A stretch of DNA of 32,000 bases, from NCBI RefSeq assembly GCF_000619845.1, contig NZ_JHUX01000004.1, positions 325,190 to 357,189 of the forward strand, in the 5' to 3' direction. Below are positions 16,336 through 25,633 of this stretch, piece after piece. How positions within the stretch are numbered: position 1 is the first letter of the stretch; each line of letters opens with the position of its first letter. Source of the DNA: Alkanindiges illinoisensis DSM 15370 (GTDB lineage Bacteria > Pseudomonadota > Gammaproteobacteria > Pseudomonadales > Moraxellaceae). Below the pieces are notes generated by a model. The model made no database searches and was not told the origin of the DNA. It worked only from the letters and a program-made list of their open reading frames with translations. Made by a program: the position numbers and the translations under genes.

Positions 16336-17345
16336 TAGGTGTTTAGTCCCACACTTTGATGGTGCAAAATTCTCACATGAATGGAAGGAGGCACTATGGG
16401 ACAAGTTTTACACGGCAGCGCCACAACGACACAGGCAATACGTCGAGCAATACAAAATAGTCAAGAAAGCTTAAGAGTCTTGGCCAAGCATTACAGCATC
16501 AATCAAAAAACAGTTGCAAAGTGGAAGAAGCGCACATCAGTCGTTGATAGAGCAACAGGGCCGAAGAATCCTCGCTCAAGTGTGTTATCGCCTGAAGATG
16601 AGGCAGCAATCGTTGCTTTTCGAAAACATACTTTGCTGCTGCTGAACGATTGCCTTTATGCGCTACAGCCGAGTATTCCTCATCTACCCGTTCCTCGCTA
16701 CACCGCTGCTTGCAACGGCATGACATCTCACAGTTGCCTGACGTCCATGGCGATCTTCCTGTCAAGAAGCGTTTCAAGAGCTACCCCATCGGCTACTTTC
16801 ATATCGACATCGCAGAGGTACAAACAGCACAGGGCAAGCTTTATCTCTTCGTCGCCATTGATCGCACGTCGAAGTTCGCATTCACCGAACTGCATGGCAA
16901 GGCTGGCAAGATGGCAGCCGCGCAGTTCCTGCGCAATCTGGTTGAGGCTGTACCCTACAGCATTCATACAGTACTGACGGATAACGGTATCCAGTTCACG
17001 AACCGCACCTGTGACCGCTATGCCTTTGAACACATATTTGACCGGGTTTGTGCTGAATATGGCATTAAACATCGGCTCACCAGGGTTAAGTATCCATGGA
17101 CCAACGGACAGGTTGAGCGCATGAACCGAACAATTAAGGAAGCCACCCTCAAACGGTACCATTACGATGACCACACTCAGCTACGCACTCACCTGACTGA
17201 ATTTATTAGCGCATACAACTTTGGCCGCAGGCTCAAAACACTAAAAGGGCTGACACCTTATGAATTCATCTGCAAACAGTGGACAGATGAACCTGAACGC
17301 TTCAAGATTGATCCGATCCATCAAATGCCGGGACTAAACACCTAG
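16336..17345 (+). mobile_element. IS481-family insertion sequence (about 1.0 kb) with a frameshifted transposase
   Basis: The terminal inverted repeats are TAGGTGTTTAGTCCC (16336-16350) and GGGACTAAACACCTA (17330-17344). They extend imperfectly to about 27 bp (..TTTGATGG shared). The interior encodes an IS481-type DDE transposase. Confidence 0.8.
16396..17345 (+). pseudogene. IS481-family DDE transposase split over two frames (-1 shift near 16684-16688)
   Basis: Frame A reads MGQVLHGSATTTQAIRRAIQNSQESLRVLAKHYSINQKTVAKWKKR...CLYALQPSIPHL. Frame B continues (T)RSSLHRCLQRHDISQLP...YPIGYFHIDIAEV...VLTDNGIQF...WTNGQVERMNRTIK (D, D, E). The junction is cat-cta-ccc-gtt. An AGGAGG RBS lies at 16386-16391. 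Confidence 0.8.
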
Positions 17346-17684
17346 ATATATTCTATGCTATTGAAATATATTTTATTTTAATAAGGTTTTACAATTACTC
17401 TTTTCCATCTTTAATATATTGCGAATAGTGAATCTTGGGATCATATCTAAGCCATGAAAAATATTAGTTTATTTTCAAAGTAATTCGTATACTTAATTTT
17501 TCTATAATCTTTTAATCTAGAACTAGTAATTTTAAATATATTTTTCTATAGTAAAATAAATATAACACCTCATCTTACTATAAGATTTAAGGCATTATAA
17601 CGACTTGCTAATTTACAGTTTTTTTAGAAAAATATTGTTAAACTAAAAAGAATCAAAAGATTCCTGCTGAGCTAGTTATTTTAC

Positions 17685-18854
17685 ATGTTTAAAACAATGC
17701 AAAAAAATTCCGATCTTAAGAGAGTTTTGATCATAACACGTAACTTACCACCTCTTATAGGCGGGATGGAACGCCTCAATTGGCACATGGCAGATGAACT
17801 CTCCAAATATTACTGTGTTAAAGTAATTGCTCCTACAGGCTCGGCTAACCTAAAACCAAAGCACTTAGATATGATTGAAGTACCTTTAGTGCCATTATGG
17901 CTATTTCTTATTCTTTCGCTCTGGGAAGCCATCAAAATTACACTACAATGGAAACCCGATATCATTCTTGCGGGTAGCGGATTAACTGCCTTAGCAGCAA
18001 AATTAAGCAGTATATTCTATACAAAGAGTAAATCCGTTGCTTATTTACATGGACTTGACATTACAGCAGATCATAGATTATATCGGCTAATATGGCTTCC
18101 CATATTGAGACAACTTGATCATGTCATTACAAATAGCAGTCCAACTTCACAACTGGTAAGCAATTTAGGTATTCCAGACACCCGTGTTAGTATTATTTTT
18201 CCAGGCGTTAACTTACCAAGAACAATCCAAACGCAAGCTCAAATAGAACAATTTCTACATAAATATCAATTACAAAATAAGCATATACTATTATCCGTAG
18301 GTCGACTGACCACTCGGAAAGGTATTCATGAATTTATTCAGTATGCTTTGCCTGATATTGTCAAAGCAATGCCAAATATAGTTCTTGTTATTATTGGAGA
18401 ATCACCAAAAAATGCCCTATTGGCTGAAACCCAAAGTAAAGAAAGTATTGAAGCAACTGTTTCGCAATTAGGCCTTCAAGAACATGTTAAATTCTTGGGA
18501 AAAATTGACGATCAATCTCTCTCGTATGCATATGAAAGCAGTCATGTACATGTATTTCCTGTACGCCATATTCCCAATGATCCTGAAGGCTTTGGTATGG
18601 TAGCTATTGAGGCCGCTGCTCATGGTTTACCTACCGTTGCATTTGCAACAGGAGGCGTGGTAGACGCTATTTCTGATGGGAAATCAGGATATTTAGTTCG
18701 CTCTGAAGATTATTTATTATTAACTCAAGCTGTGATCAAGGCGCTTGCCTTGAATAATTTTTGGAAAAAGTCTTGCCAAACATTTGCAAAAAATTTTACA
18801 TGGGAAAATTTTGGAAATGATATTAAAACAAAGTTAAATAATATTTTAAATTAA
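17685..18854 (+). CDS. GT4-family (GT-B fold, Glycos_transf_1) glycosyltransferase
   Basis: 389 aa. The C-terminal half carries the retaining GT4 E-x7-E region (PNDPEGFGMVAIEAAAHGLPTVAFATGGVVDAISDGKSGYLV). Confidence 0.8.
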   Translation: MFKTMQKNSDLKRVLIITRNLPPLIGGMERLNWHMADELSKYYCVKVIAPTGSANLKPKHLDMIEVPLVPLWLFLILSLWEAIKITLQWKPDIILAGSGLTALAAKLSSIFYTKSKSVAYLHGLDITADHRLYRLIWLPILRQLDHVITNSSPTSQLVSNLGIPDTRVSIIFPGVNLPRTIQTQAQIEQFLHKYQLQNKHILLSVGRLTTRKGIHEFIQYALPDIVKAMPNIVLVIIGESPKNALLAETQSKESIEATVSQLGLQEHVKFLGKIDDQSLSYAYESSHVHVFPVRHIPNDPEGFGMVAIEAAAHGLPTVAFATGGVVDAISDGKSGYLVRSEDYLLLTQAVIKALALNNFWKKSCQTFAKNFTWENFGNDIKTKLNNILN

Positions 18855-18877
18855 ATTCAAGTAGTGGAGCTTACTTT

Positions 18878-19846
18878 ATGATTGAAGATGAAAAAATTGG
18901 GGTAGCAATTATAACTTATAATAGACCAGATGGCTTAGAAAAATTATTTAATTCTTTACCACATGAATTTATTGACTGCTTTATCATTATAAATGATGGA
19001 AAACCAATAGTTTCTGATATTATTCCAGCTCAATATATATCCAACAACATTCATAATTTAGGTGTTGGAAAATCAAAAAATAAAGCTCTAAAATACTTAA
19101 TGGATAATCAGATGGATCATTACTTCATTTTTGAAGATGATGTTCATATAATAAACCAAGAGATATTTCATGCTTATATTCAAGCAAGTAAAACAACAGG
19201 AATTCATCATTTTAACTCTGCTTTACACGTAGCTGAAAATAAGAAGAGCAATGGTCAACCAAATCCTCTTATAAAAATTATATACCCGAACGATGTCAAA
19301 ATTTCATTTTATTTTACTTGCTGTGGTGTATTTTCATATTATTCAAAAAAATGTCTTCTTACTGTTGGATTAATGGATGAACAGTTTTTTAATGCAGCTG
19401 AACACATAGATCATACTCTAAGATGCTCTCAAATGAATATGCATTCTGACTTTTGGTATTTTGCAGATATATCAGATTCTTATATATATTTGAAAGATAC
19501 ATATAATCAAGAAAACTATCAATCAGTAATATTAGTAAATAGTGACTCATGTCAAGTAATCAAAAATGCTAAAATACGTTTTAACTTAAAATATCAAATT
19601 AATTCTGTTAAAGAAATAGAAATAAATAGTCTCTTTAAATTTATAAATAATTTAAATACTCTTTATAACAAAGAGAGAAAACAGAACGAAGAATTCAACC
19701 TAATAAAAAAAAACCTGAAGGAATTAATTAGAAAATTTCCTATTATATTTGGTTTTAAACTAATTCATGACTTAAATAGAATAATAATAAAGTGCTTTCA
19801 TGGATTAAAAAAAACTCTATTAAATATTAAGAAAACTCCACCCTAA
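18878..19846 (+). CDS. GT-A fold (GT2-like) glycosyltransferase, very AT-rich
   Basis: The N-terminus IGVAIITYNRPDGLEKLFNSL and the acidic motif YFIFEDDVHI (DxD-like) resemble GT2. The K/N/I-rich C-terminal third has no recognisable similarity. Confidence 0.5.
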   Translation: MIEDEKIGVAIITYNRPDGLEKLFNSLPHEFIDCFIIINDGKPIVSDIIPAQYISNNIHNLGVGKSKNKALKYLMDNQMDHYFIFEDDVHIINQEIFHAYIQASKTTGIHHFNSALHVAENKKSNGQPNPLIKIIYPNDVKISFYFTCCGVFSYYSKKCLLTVGLMDEQFFNAAEHIDHTLRCSQMNMHSDFWYFADISDSYIYLKDTYNQENYQSVILVNSDSCQVIKNAKIRFNLKYQINSVKEIEINSLFKFINNLNTLYNKERKQNEEFNLIKKNLKELIRKFPIIFGFKLIHDLNRIIIKCFHGLKKTLLNIKKTPP

Positions 19847-20718
19847 ATACCATCTTTTATTCCCAAAACTAACGATTTGATTTGTCCTAATTTATCCTTT
19901 TTCACTAGACAGATGATTATAAATTGATAAATTAGACCTAAAAAAAACTCTTTTGCTGCAAATATTTTTGGCACATAAGGCTCTTTTAATAGATACAATG
20001 TATTTCTAATTCGAAAATATCTTCTGAAAGCGGAGTGTATTGTAATGCTTTTACCGAACACTTGAATATTATAATCACCTATTCTATGCTTCATTGTAGC
20101 TTTATTTGAAATATAGCAATGTAATCCCTTGGCTTTTGCTCTAAAACACCATTCGATATCTACATAATCAATAAAATAGTTTGCTTTCATAAAGCCGATA
20201 CGTCTTAATACATTAACTTCAACGTACATTCCAGATGAAATAATCAAGCTAGCTCTTCGCGGCTGTTTAATATTAGAAACGTCAATAGTCTTGCGAAAAC
20301 CATATTTGTTAACAGATGTTATCTTATAAAAAAAACTATATTCCTTATCAAACAACCTTGGGCCTATGGCAGCGATATTTGCATCAATATAATTTCTTAC
20401 ATAAGTATAATCGCTAGCAATAAAATTAATAAAATTACGACTAATCATGCTATCTTGATCAAAGAAAACAATGTAACGAGCTCCTGATTGAATCGCCCTT
20501 TTTATACCGACATTCTGAGCATAAGCAATTCCCTTATTACTTTCCAAGTAAATAGTTTCAGCTTTTTTTATGCTATCTAACATACAGGCATTTTTTGAAG
20601 CATTATCAACCAAAATTACCCTGACACTTTGCTCAGATAGCTGTGTAATTAATGTAGATAGATTCTCATGTTTTGGATTGAACGACACAATCACTGCAAA
20701 AATATTCATTTCAATCAT
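19843..20718 (-). CDS. GT2 glycosyltransferase (WbbL/rhamnosyltransferase-like subfamily)
   Basis: IFAVIVSFNPKHENL...VILVDNASKN...IVFFDQDS show the typical GT2 Rossmann start and DxD region. The start overlaps the upstream gene's stop by 4 bp. Confidence 0.75.
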   Translation of the reverse strand: MIEMNIFAVIVSFNPKHENLSTLITQLSEQSVRVILVDNASKNACMLDSIKKAETIYLESNKGIAYAQNVGIKRAIQSGARYIVFFDQDSMISRNFINFIASDYTYVRNYIDANIAAIGPRLFDKEYSFFYKITSVNKYGFRKTIDVSNIKQPRRASLIISSGMYVEVNVLRRIGFMKANYFIDYVDIEWCFRAKAKGLHCYISNKATMKHRIGDYNIQVFGKSITIHSAFRRYFRIRNTLYLLKEPYVPKIFAAKEFFLGLIYQFIIICLVKKDKLGQIKSLVLGIKDGI

Positions 20719-21617
20719 TTTGGATATTTAAAAGCTGCTCCAGCGCCCTTTAACATACTCCTAGCCTGTGTTTTTCTATCTATAGAAAAGATTAAATAAA
20801 CTATAAAAGTAAGTATCAACTTAATGATTGCCCAAAATTTCCATGTCAAAGGAACATATTTTCTAAAGAGCAAAAGAATAGTATTTCTAAATAAATAAAA
20901 ATGCCTAAATGCAGAACGTATGGGCCAAACTTTCCAACCAAATAGCCAGAATTTTAAACTGCTTTCACCCATTTGATGATAAAATACAGCGGTTGGAATC
21001 CCATATAAATGATAACCAGCATTTAGTACTCTAAAAGACCATTCTGTATCAATATGATCAATAAAAAAGTCCTGATCTAGCGCACCCAATTGTGTAAATA
21101 AATTAGCACGCATGAATGTCCCACTACCATTTATATTTGTACACTTAACTGGCTGTATTGAGCCAGATTCTGGATAAATTCTACTCCATAATCCATTACG
21201 CATTTGATGAAAGCCATGCTGCTTCTGAGTTTTAAAATCTATTAATTTTGGACCAACACAACCAACTTTACTACCATTCTCCTCCAATTGATTGAAGTAT
21301 TTATAAAGCTGATTGATTGCATCAGTTGCTGGCACGCTATCCTGATCCAATAAAAGAATAAACTCTAAAGTTTTGTGCATCTTTATTGCATGATTGACGC
21401 CAATATTTAAAGCCGTTGCTAATCCAAGATTCTCATTATTATTAACTAAATAAATATTATTTCTTTTTTGGCTAATTTTGCTCAAGCGCGTAATATCTTG
21501 AGCATTAGATCCATTATCTACAATAATCCAGATAATTTCTCCTAAACTATGCATTTGTTGAGTTAATAATTCAAATGATGGATTATAGGTTACTGTAATC
21601 GCAGCAATATTATTCAT
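20715..21617 (-). CDS. GT2 glycosyltransferase (WbbL/rhamnosyltransferase-like subfamily), paralogous in architecture to the next gene
   Basis: IAAITVTYNPSFELL...IVDNGSN...LLLDQDS...IDHIDTEWSFR. It has 4-bp overlaps with both neighbours. Confidence 0.75.
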   Translation of the reverse strand: MNNIAAITVTYNPSFELLTQQMHSLGEIIWIIVDNGSNAQDITRLSKISQKRNNIYLVNNNENLGLATALNIGVNHAIKMHKTLEFILLLDQDSVPATDAINQLYKYFNQLEENGSKVGCVGPKLIDFKTQKQHGFHQMRNGLWSRIYPESGSIQPVKCTNINGSGTFMRANLFTQLGALDQDFFIDHIDTEWSFRVLNAGYHLYGIPTAVFYHQMGESSLKFWLFGWKVWPIRSAFRHFYLFRNTILLLFRKYVPLTWKFWAIIKLILTFIVYLIFSIDRKTQARSMLKGAGAAFKYPK

Positions 21618-23056
21618 AATACACGCCCATAGTCATCTTTCAACCGAACAATATCATCCTCACCTAAATAAGCACCTGACTGAATTTCTATCAGCTCCAA
21701 AGGAATACTTCCCGGATTTTCTAGACTATGAATTGTACCAATTGGAATATAGGTTGACTCATTCTCAGAAATAAAGTATTTCTCATCTCCTCTAGTTACT
21801 TTAGCTGTACCCTTTACTACGATCCAATGCTCTGCGCGATGATGATGTAACTGCAAAGATAGTTTTGACTTTGGATTAACAGTAATTCGCTTCACTTGAT
21901 AACGTTCACCTACATCAATTGAGTCATATTTGCCCCAAGGCCTTATGACTTCTCGGTGGATAGATAGCTCTGTCCTTTGATATCGGGTTAAGTCTTCTAC
22001 AATCTTCTTCATTAATTGTGATTCTGTTTTATTTGCTACCAGAATAGCATCTTTGGTTTCAACAACAATCAAATCATCTACGCCAAGCACTGTAACTAAC
22101 CGACTTGAAGCATGCACATAGTTATTTTGACCTTGCTCTATTAATACATCACCAAAAACCACATTCTGTTGCTCATCTTTGATACTGGACTCCCATAATG
22201 ACTCCCAAGATCCAAGATCATTCCAACCGGCCTCTAGGCGAACTACGGCACCAATTGTCGTGTGCTCCATCACAGCATAATCAATTGAATCCTCTGGACA
22301 ATCTTTAAAGGCTTCAGGATTTATACGTATAAAATCTAAATCTGCTTGGCACTGCATAAATGATTGCTTGCAGCTTGCCAGAATTTCTGGTTGATATTTT
22401 TTCACCTCATTGAGAAAGCTATTTGCCCCAAATAGAAACATACCGCTGTTCCATAAATACGACTGGCTCTCCAGATAATCTTTTGACGTTGCTAAGTCTG
22501 GCTTTTCCACAAAATGGGCTAACTGATAAGCCTTTCTATCCTCTAACATCTGACCCAATTTAATATAGCCATAGCCTGTATGCGCGCAATATGGTGTTAC
22601 TCCAAACACAACAAGCATACCCTGCTGCACAACAGTCAATGCAGATAAAATACTGCGATGAAATTGAGGGATATCTACAATATGATGATCTGATGCCAAA
22701 ACTAATAAGGCAGGATTTTTCTCTAAATATAATGCTTGTGCCTGCAATGCCGCTAATGTAATGGCTGGTGCAGTATTTTTACCTACAGGCTCTAGCAGAA
22801 TAGAAGCTTTTTCTATACCAATCTGTCGCAATTGCTCTGCAACAATAAATCGATGCTCCTCATTACAAATTATAATGGGTGAAGTCATCGGAATGTCCAG
22901 ATTGTCTAACCGTTTTAATGTTAATTGTAACATGGACCATTCTGGATCAATTAGCCGTAGAAACTGTTTGGGGTAGGATTTTCTAGACAATGGCCATAAG
23001 CGTGTACCGGAACCACCGGCCAATATAACGGGTGTAAGTATCCCTTTTTCATCCAT
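21614..23056 (-). CDS. manC: Bifunctional mannose-1-phosphate guanylyltransferase / mannose-6-phosphate isomerase (type II PMI-GMP)
   Basis: 480 aa. It has the N-terminal nucleotidyltransferase motif (PVILAGGSGTRLWPLSR.SYPKQF) and a C-terminal cupin PMI domain (RPWGKYDSIDVGERYQVKRITVNPKSKLSLQLHHHRAEHWIVVKGTA). Confidence 0.9.
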   Translation of the reverse strand: MDEKGILTPVILAGGSGTRLWPLSRKSYPKQFLRLIDPEWSMLQLTLKRLDNLDIPMTSPIIICNEEHRFIVAEQLRQIGIEKASILLEPVGKNTAPAITLAALQAQALYLEKNPALLVLASDHHIVDIPQFHRSILSALTVVQQGMLVVFGVTPYCAHTGYGYIKLGQMLEDRKAYQLAHFVEKPDLATSKDYLESQSYLWNSGMFLFGANSFLNEVKKYQPEILASCKQSFMQCQADLDFIRINPEAFKDCPEDSIDYAVMEHTTIGAVVRLEAGWNDLGSWESLWESSIKDEQQNVVFGDVLIEQGQNNYVHASSRLVTVLGVDDLIVVETKDAILVANKTESQLMKKIVEDLTRYQRTELSIHREVIRPWGKYDSIDVGERYQVKRITVNPKSKLSLQLHHHRAEHWIVVKGTAKVTRGDEKYFISENESTYIPIGTIHSLENPGSIPLELIEIQSGAYLGEDDIVRLKDDYGRVL

Positions 23057-23062
23057 GAAAAA

Positions 23063-24769
23063 TTATCCTAATGACAATATTTTATTACACCCGGCCACAG
23101 CAGACTCTCTATGTGCAATAATAATTAATGTCTTTTTACCATTTAACTCATTAATAGCTGCATTTACTGCCGCTTCCGTTTCTGCATCTAGTGCGCTGGT
23201 GGCTTCATCCATAAGCAATACAGGGGGATCACGGTATAGTGCACGTGCTATGCCAATCCGCTGACGTTGTCCCCCAGAAAGTAATACACCTCGTTCACCA
23301 ACAGTGGTGTAATAACCCTGATGTAATTCACTAATTATAAAATCATGTATTTGTGCAGCTTTAGCCGTTCTTACTACGGCATCCATATCAATATTTTCTT
23401 GGGGCACCCCAAAAGCAATATTTGCTGCTACACTGGCATCTGCTAGATAAATATGTTGTGGCACATATCCAATAGATTGCTGCCAACCAGTAACATTATC
23501 AGCAGTGATTGGAACATCATCAATTAATAATTGTCCCAGTTGTGGTGTTAATAAACCTAACAGAATATCCATTAATGTGCTTTTGCCAGAACCGCTTTTA
23601 CCCACTATTCCTAAGCTGCTATTGACCGGAATAGTTAAATTAACATGTTGTAGTATCTCTTTATGTTGACTACCAGGATAAGCATAGCTTACATCCATTA
23701 ACTGAATATCACGCTGTGGGATTAACGGTGCCATCTGATTAATCTTAGCCAACAAGGGTAATGAAAGATCACGATGAATATTTTGCAGTGTTGCCCCTGC
23801 AAAACGCATTCGAGCAAAAGCACGATAAATAATTTGGGCAGCTGGTAATATGCGATATGCTGCAAATCCGTATAAACCTAATACTGGCAATATATGTGCA
23901 ATATCATTACTTTGATGAATTAAAAGAAGTGCCAGTAAAATTAACCCAGTATATCCTGTTGCTTCAACAAGAAATAAAGGCACTTGACTTAATGTCTCAT
24001 TAGCTGCTAAATGCCTTGCAAAAATTCGAGAAGAACGATTAAACCGCTCCATATAAGCTGAAGCAGAATGAGTAATTTTTACGTCTTTAATGCCGCTTAG
24101 TGCTTCTTGGCAAGCTATAAACCGCTCTTTATTCGCTGTATGTAATTCTAAACCAATTTTGGTTAAATGCTTTCTTACTAGCCAATAAATTAGACCATAC
24201 AAGGAACCCACTATAAGCATTAAACTAAATGCCATAACCGGATTATATATAAACAGAAGTGCAAGCATTGCCAGAACAATAAATCCTTGACTCAGCATTT
24301 GCAAAAGCGGCTGCAACACATTGCCAAGCAAGTGGTCTACTTCCGATAAAATATTTTGGTTTAATTCTGCACTATTTCTCTGCAAGAAAAAAATATATGG
24401 CTGCTGAAGGTATACAGACAGAAGACGAAAACTAAAATAATAACGTTGTAAATTGGCAAAACGATTTAAGGTATGGATCGTAATGGATTTAAAGAGCGAT
24501 GAAAAAAGTACTATAAAGATAGAAAATATACCCAAAACCAAGATAAAGCTTTGTTTATTATTGAAAGAAAAGAAATTATAAATATAAGCCAGTATGGCAT
24601 TATCATGAATAACATCTGGCCTAGCAAGCACTGCAAGAAATGGCATAATAGAAACAACGCCAGCTGTTTCCATACCTGCCATGACTAATACCAAGATAAA
24701 TACAAGCAGTGCTTTTCTTTTCTCCATTGGTGTGAGTATGTGCCATAACTTTTTAAGTGATTCAAGCAT
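23063..24769 (-). CDS. Fused TMD-NBD ABC exporter (MsbA/PglK-like half transporter)
   Basis: 568 aa. A six-TM type I exporter domain is followed by an NBD with Walker A (GKSGSGKST), signature (LSGGQRQR) and Walker B (VLLMDEATSALD). Confidence 0.85.
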   Translation of the reverse strand: MLESLKKLWHILTPMEKRKALLVFILVLVMAGMETAGVVSIMPFLAVLARPDVIHDNAILAYIYNFFSFNNKQSFILVLGIFSIFIVLFSSLFKSITIHTLNRFANLQRYYFSFRLLSVYLQQPYIFFLQRNSAELNQNILSEVDHLLGNVLQPLLQMLSQGFIVLAMLALLFIYNPVMAFSLMLIVGSLYGLIYWLVRKHLTKIGLELHTANKERFIACQEALSGIKDVKITHSASAYMERFNRSSRIFARHLAANETLSQVPLFLVEATGYTGLILLALLLIHQSNDIAHILPVLGLYGFAAYRILPAAQIIYRAFARMRFAGATLQNIHRDLSLPLLAKINQMAPLIPQRDIQLMDVSYAYPGSQHKEILQHVNLTIPVNSSLGIVGKSGSGKSTLMDILLGLLTPQLGQLLIDDVPITADNVTGWQQSIGYVPQHIYLADASVAANIAFGVPQENIDMDAVVRTAKAAQIHDFIISELHQGYYTTVGERGVLLSGGQRQRIGIARALYRDPPVLLMDEATSALDAETEAAVNAAINELNGKKTLIIIAHRESAVAGCNKILSLG

Positions 24770-24778
24770 TGCAGCCCC

Positions 24779-25627
24779 TTACTCACCCTTATACATTAGT
24801 GCAGTTACTTGCTCTGAAATCAGTCCCATTAGAAAAATCATTACACTTCCTGTATAAAGCAATGCACTCATATTGGTAAAACGGTTGAACTCATAAAGAG
24901 TATAACCATACCAACTAGATGCCATCAAAAACAATATAGTGGCAATTGGCAAGAACATTTTAAGTGGAGAAAATAATGTTGCAATTTTAAAAATAATAAG
25001 AAAAAAACGAATGCTATCTTTTACTGGATGGATATGGCTCTTACCAATGCGTTTAGCTGCATGAATCGGCACATAAGCAACCGAATAACCCGCTCTAAAA
25101 AATGCCATTGTACTTGTTGTAGGATAGGAAAAACCATTCGGCAGTAAATACAGAAACTCTCTAAATTTATTAGCATTTACTGCTCTGAAACCAGAAGTTA
25201 AATCCTCTATAGGATGCTCGGTCATATAGGTTGCAAGCCTATTATACAATTGATTGGCTATACTCCGACCTATACTGGCTTGTGAACCTCTTTGCCGCGC
25301 TCCAACTACAAGGTCATATCCTTGGTTCATTTTCTCTAGTAAAAGAACAATATCTGCTGGATCATGTTGTCCATCGGCGTCCATAAATATAATGACCTCA
25401 CCAGTAGCTACTCTTGCTCCTGTTTTAATTGCTGCGCCATTGCCCTTAGGATAAGGATGAGACACCACATGTGCACCCGCTTGCTCAGCAAGCTGTAAAG
25501 TTTGGTCTCTAGAACCATCATTAATTACAATTATTTCTGCATCTGCATATATTTTTTTAATTTGTCTCACAGTTTGGCCAATTGCACCAGCTTCATTTTT
25601 CGCAGGTAAAACTATACTTAACTTCAT
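24779..25627 (-). CDS. Membrane-anchored GT2 polyprenol-phosphate glycosyltransferase (DPM1/GtrB/ArnC-like)
   Basis: 282 aa. The catalytic domain reads MKLSIVLPAKNEAGAI...IIVINDGSRDQT...IIFMDADGQHDP. Two C-terminal TM helices follow (FFLIIFKIATLFSPLKMFLPIATILFLMA, LLYTGSVMIFLMGLISEQV). Confidence 0.8.
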   Translation of the reverse strand: MKLSIVLPAKNEAGAIGQTVRQIKKIYADAEIIVINDGSRDQTLQLAEQAGAHVVSHPYPKGNGAAIKTGARVATGEVIIFMDADGQHDPADIVLLLEKMNQGYDLVVGARQRGSQASIGRSIANQLYNRLATYMTEHPIEDLTSGFRAVNANKFREFLYLLPNGFSYPTTSTMAFFRAGYSVAYVPIHAAKRIGKSHIHPVKDSIRFFLIIFKIATLFSPLKMFLPIATILFLMASSWYGYTLYEFNRFTNMSALLYTGSVMIFLMGLISEQVTALMYKGE

Positions 25628-25633
25628 TATGCT

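Noticed and set aside
16210-16404. 64-aa minus-strand ORF between the bfr terminator and the IS
   Set aside because: It spans the IS left inverted repeat and non-coding flank, has no RBS and has an implausible composition. It contains a small hairpin (TACTGTCttgggGACAGTA at about 16211-16229) of unknown meaning.
16681-16692. Programmed -1 ribosomal frameshift in the IS481-family transposase
   Set aside because: There is no X-XXY-YYZ slippery heptamer or obvious downstream structure at cat-cta-ccc-gtt. A 1-nt deletion or sequencing error is the more economical explanation, and it remains testable against other copies.
16329-17352. Target-site duplication flanking the IS element
   Set aside because: The flanks (..acttattat | gatatattc..) share no convincing 4-15 bp direct repeat. 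Only the terminal TA could be read as duplicated, so no TSD is claimed.
17346-17684. 340 bp extremely AT-rich spacer after the IS as a possible degraded gene or small ORF region
   Set aside because: Stops occur in all frames and there is no recognisable protein remnant. It is most simply the promoter region of the GT4 gene.
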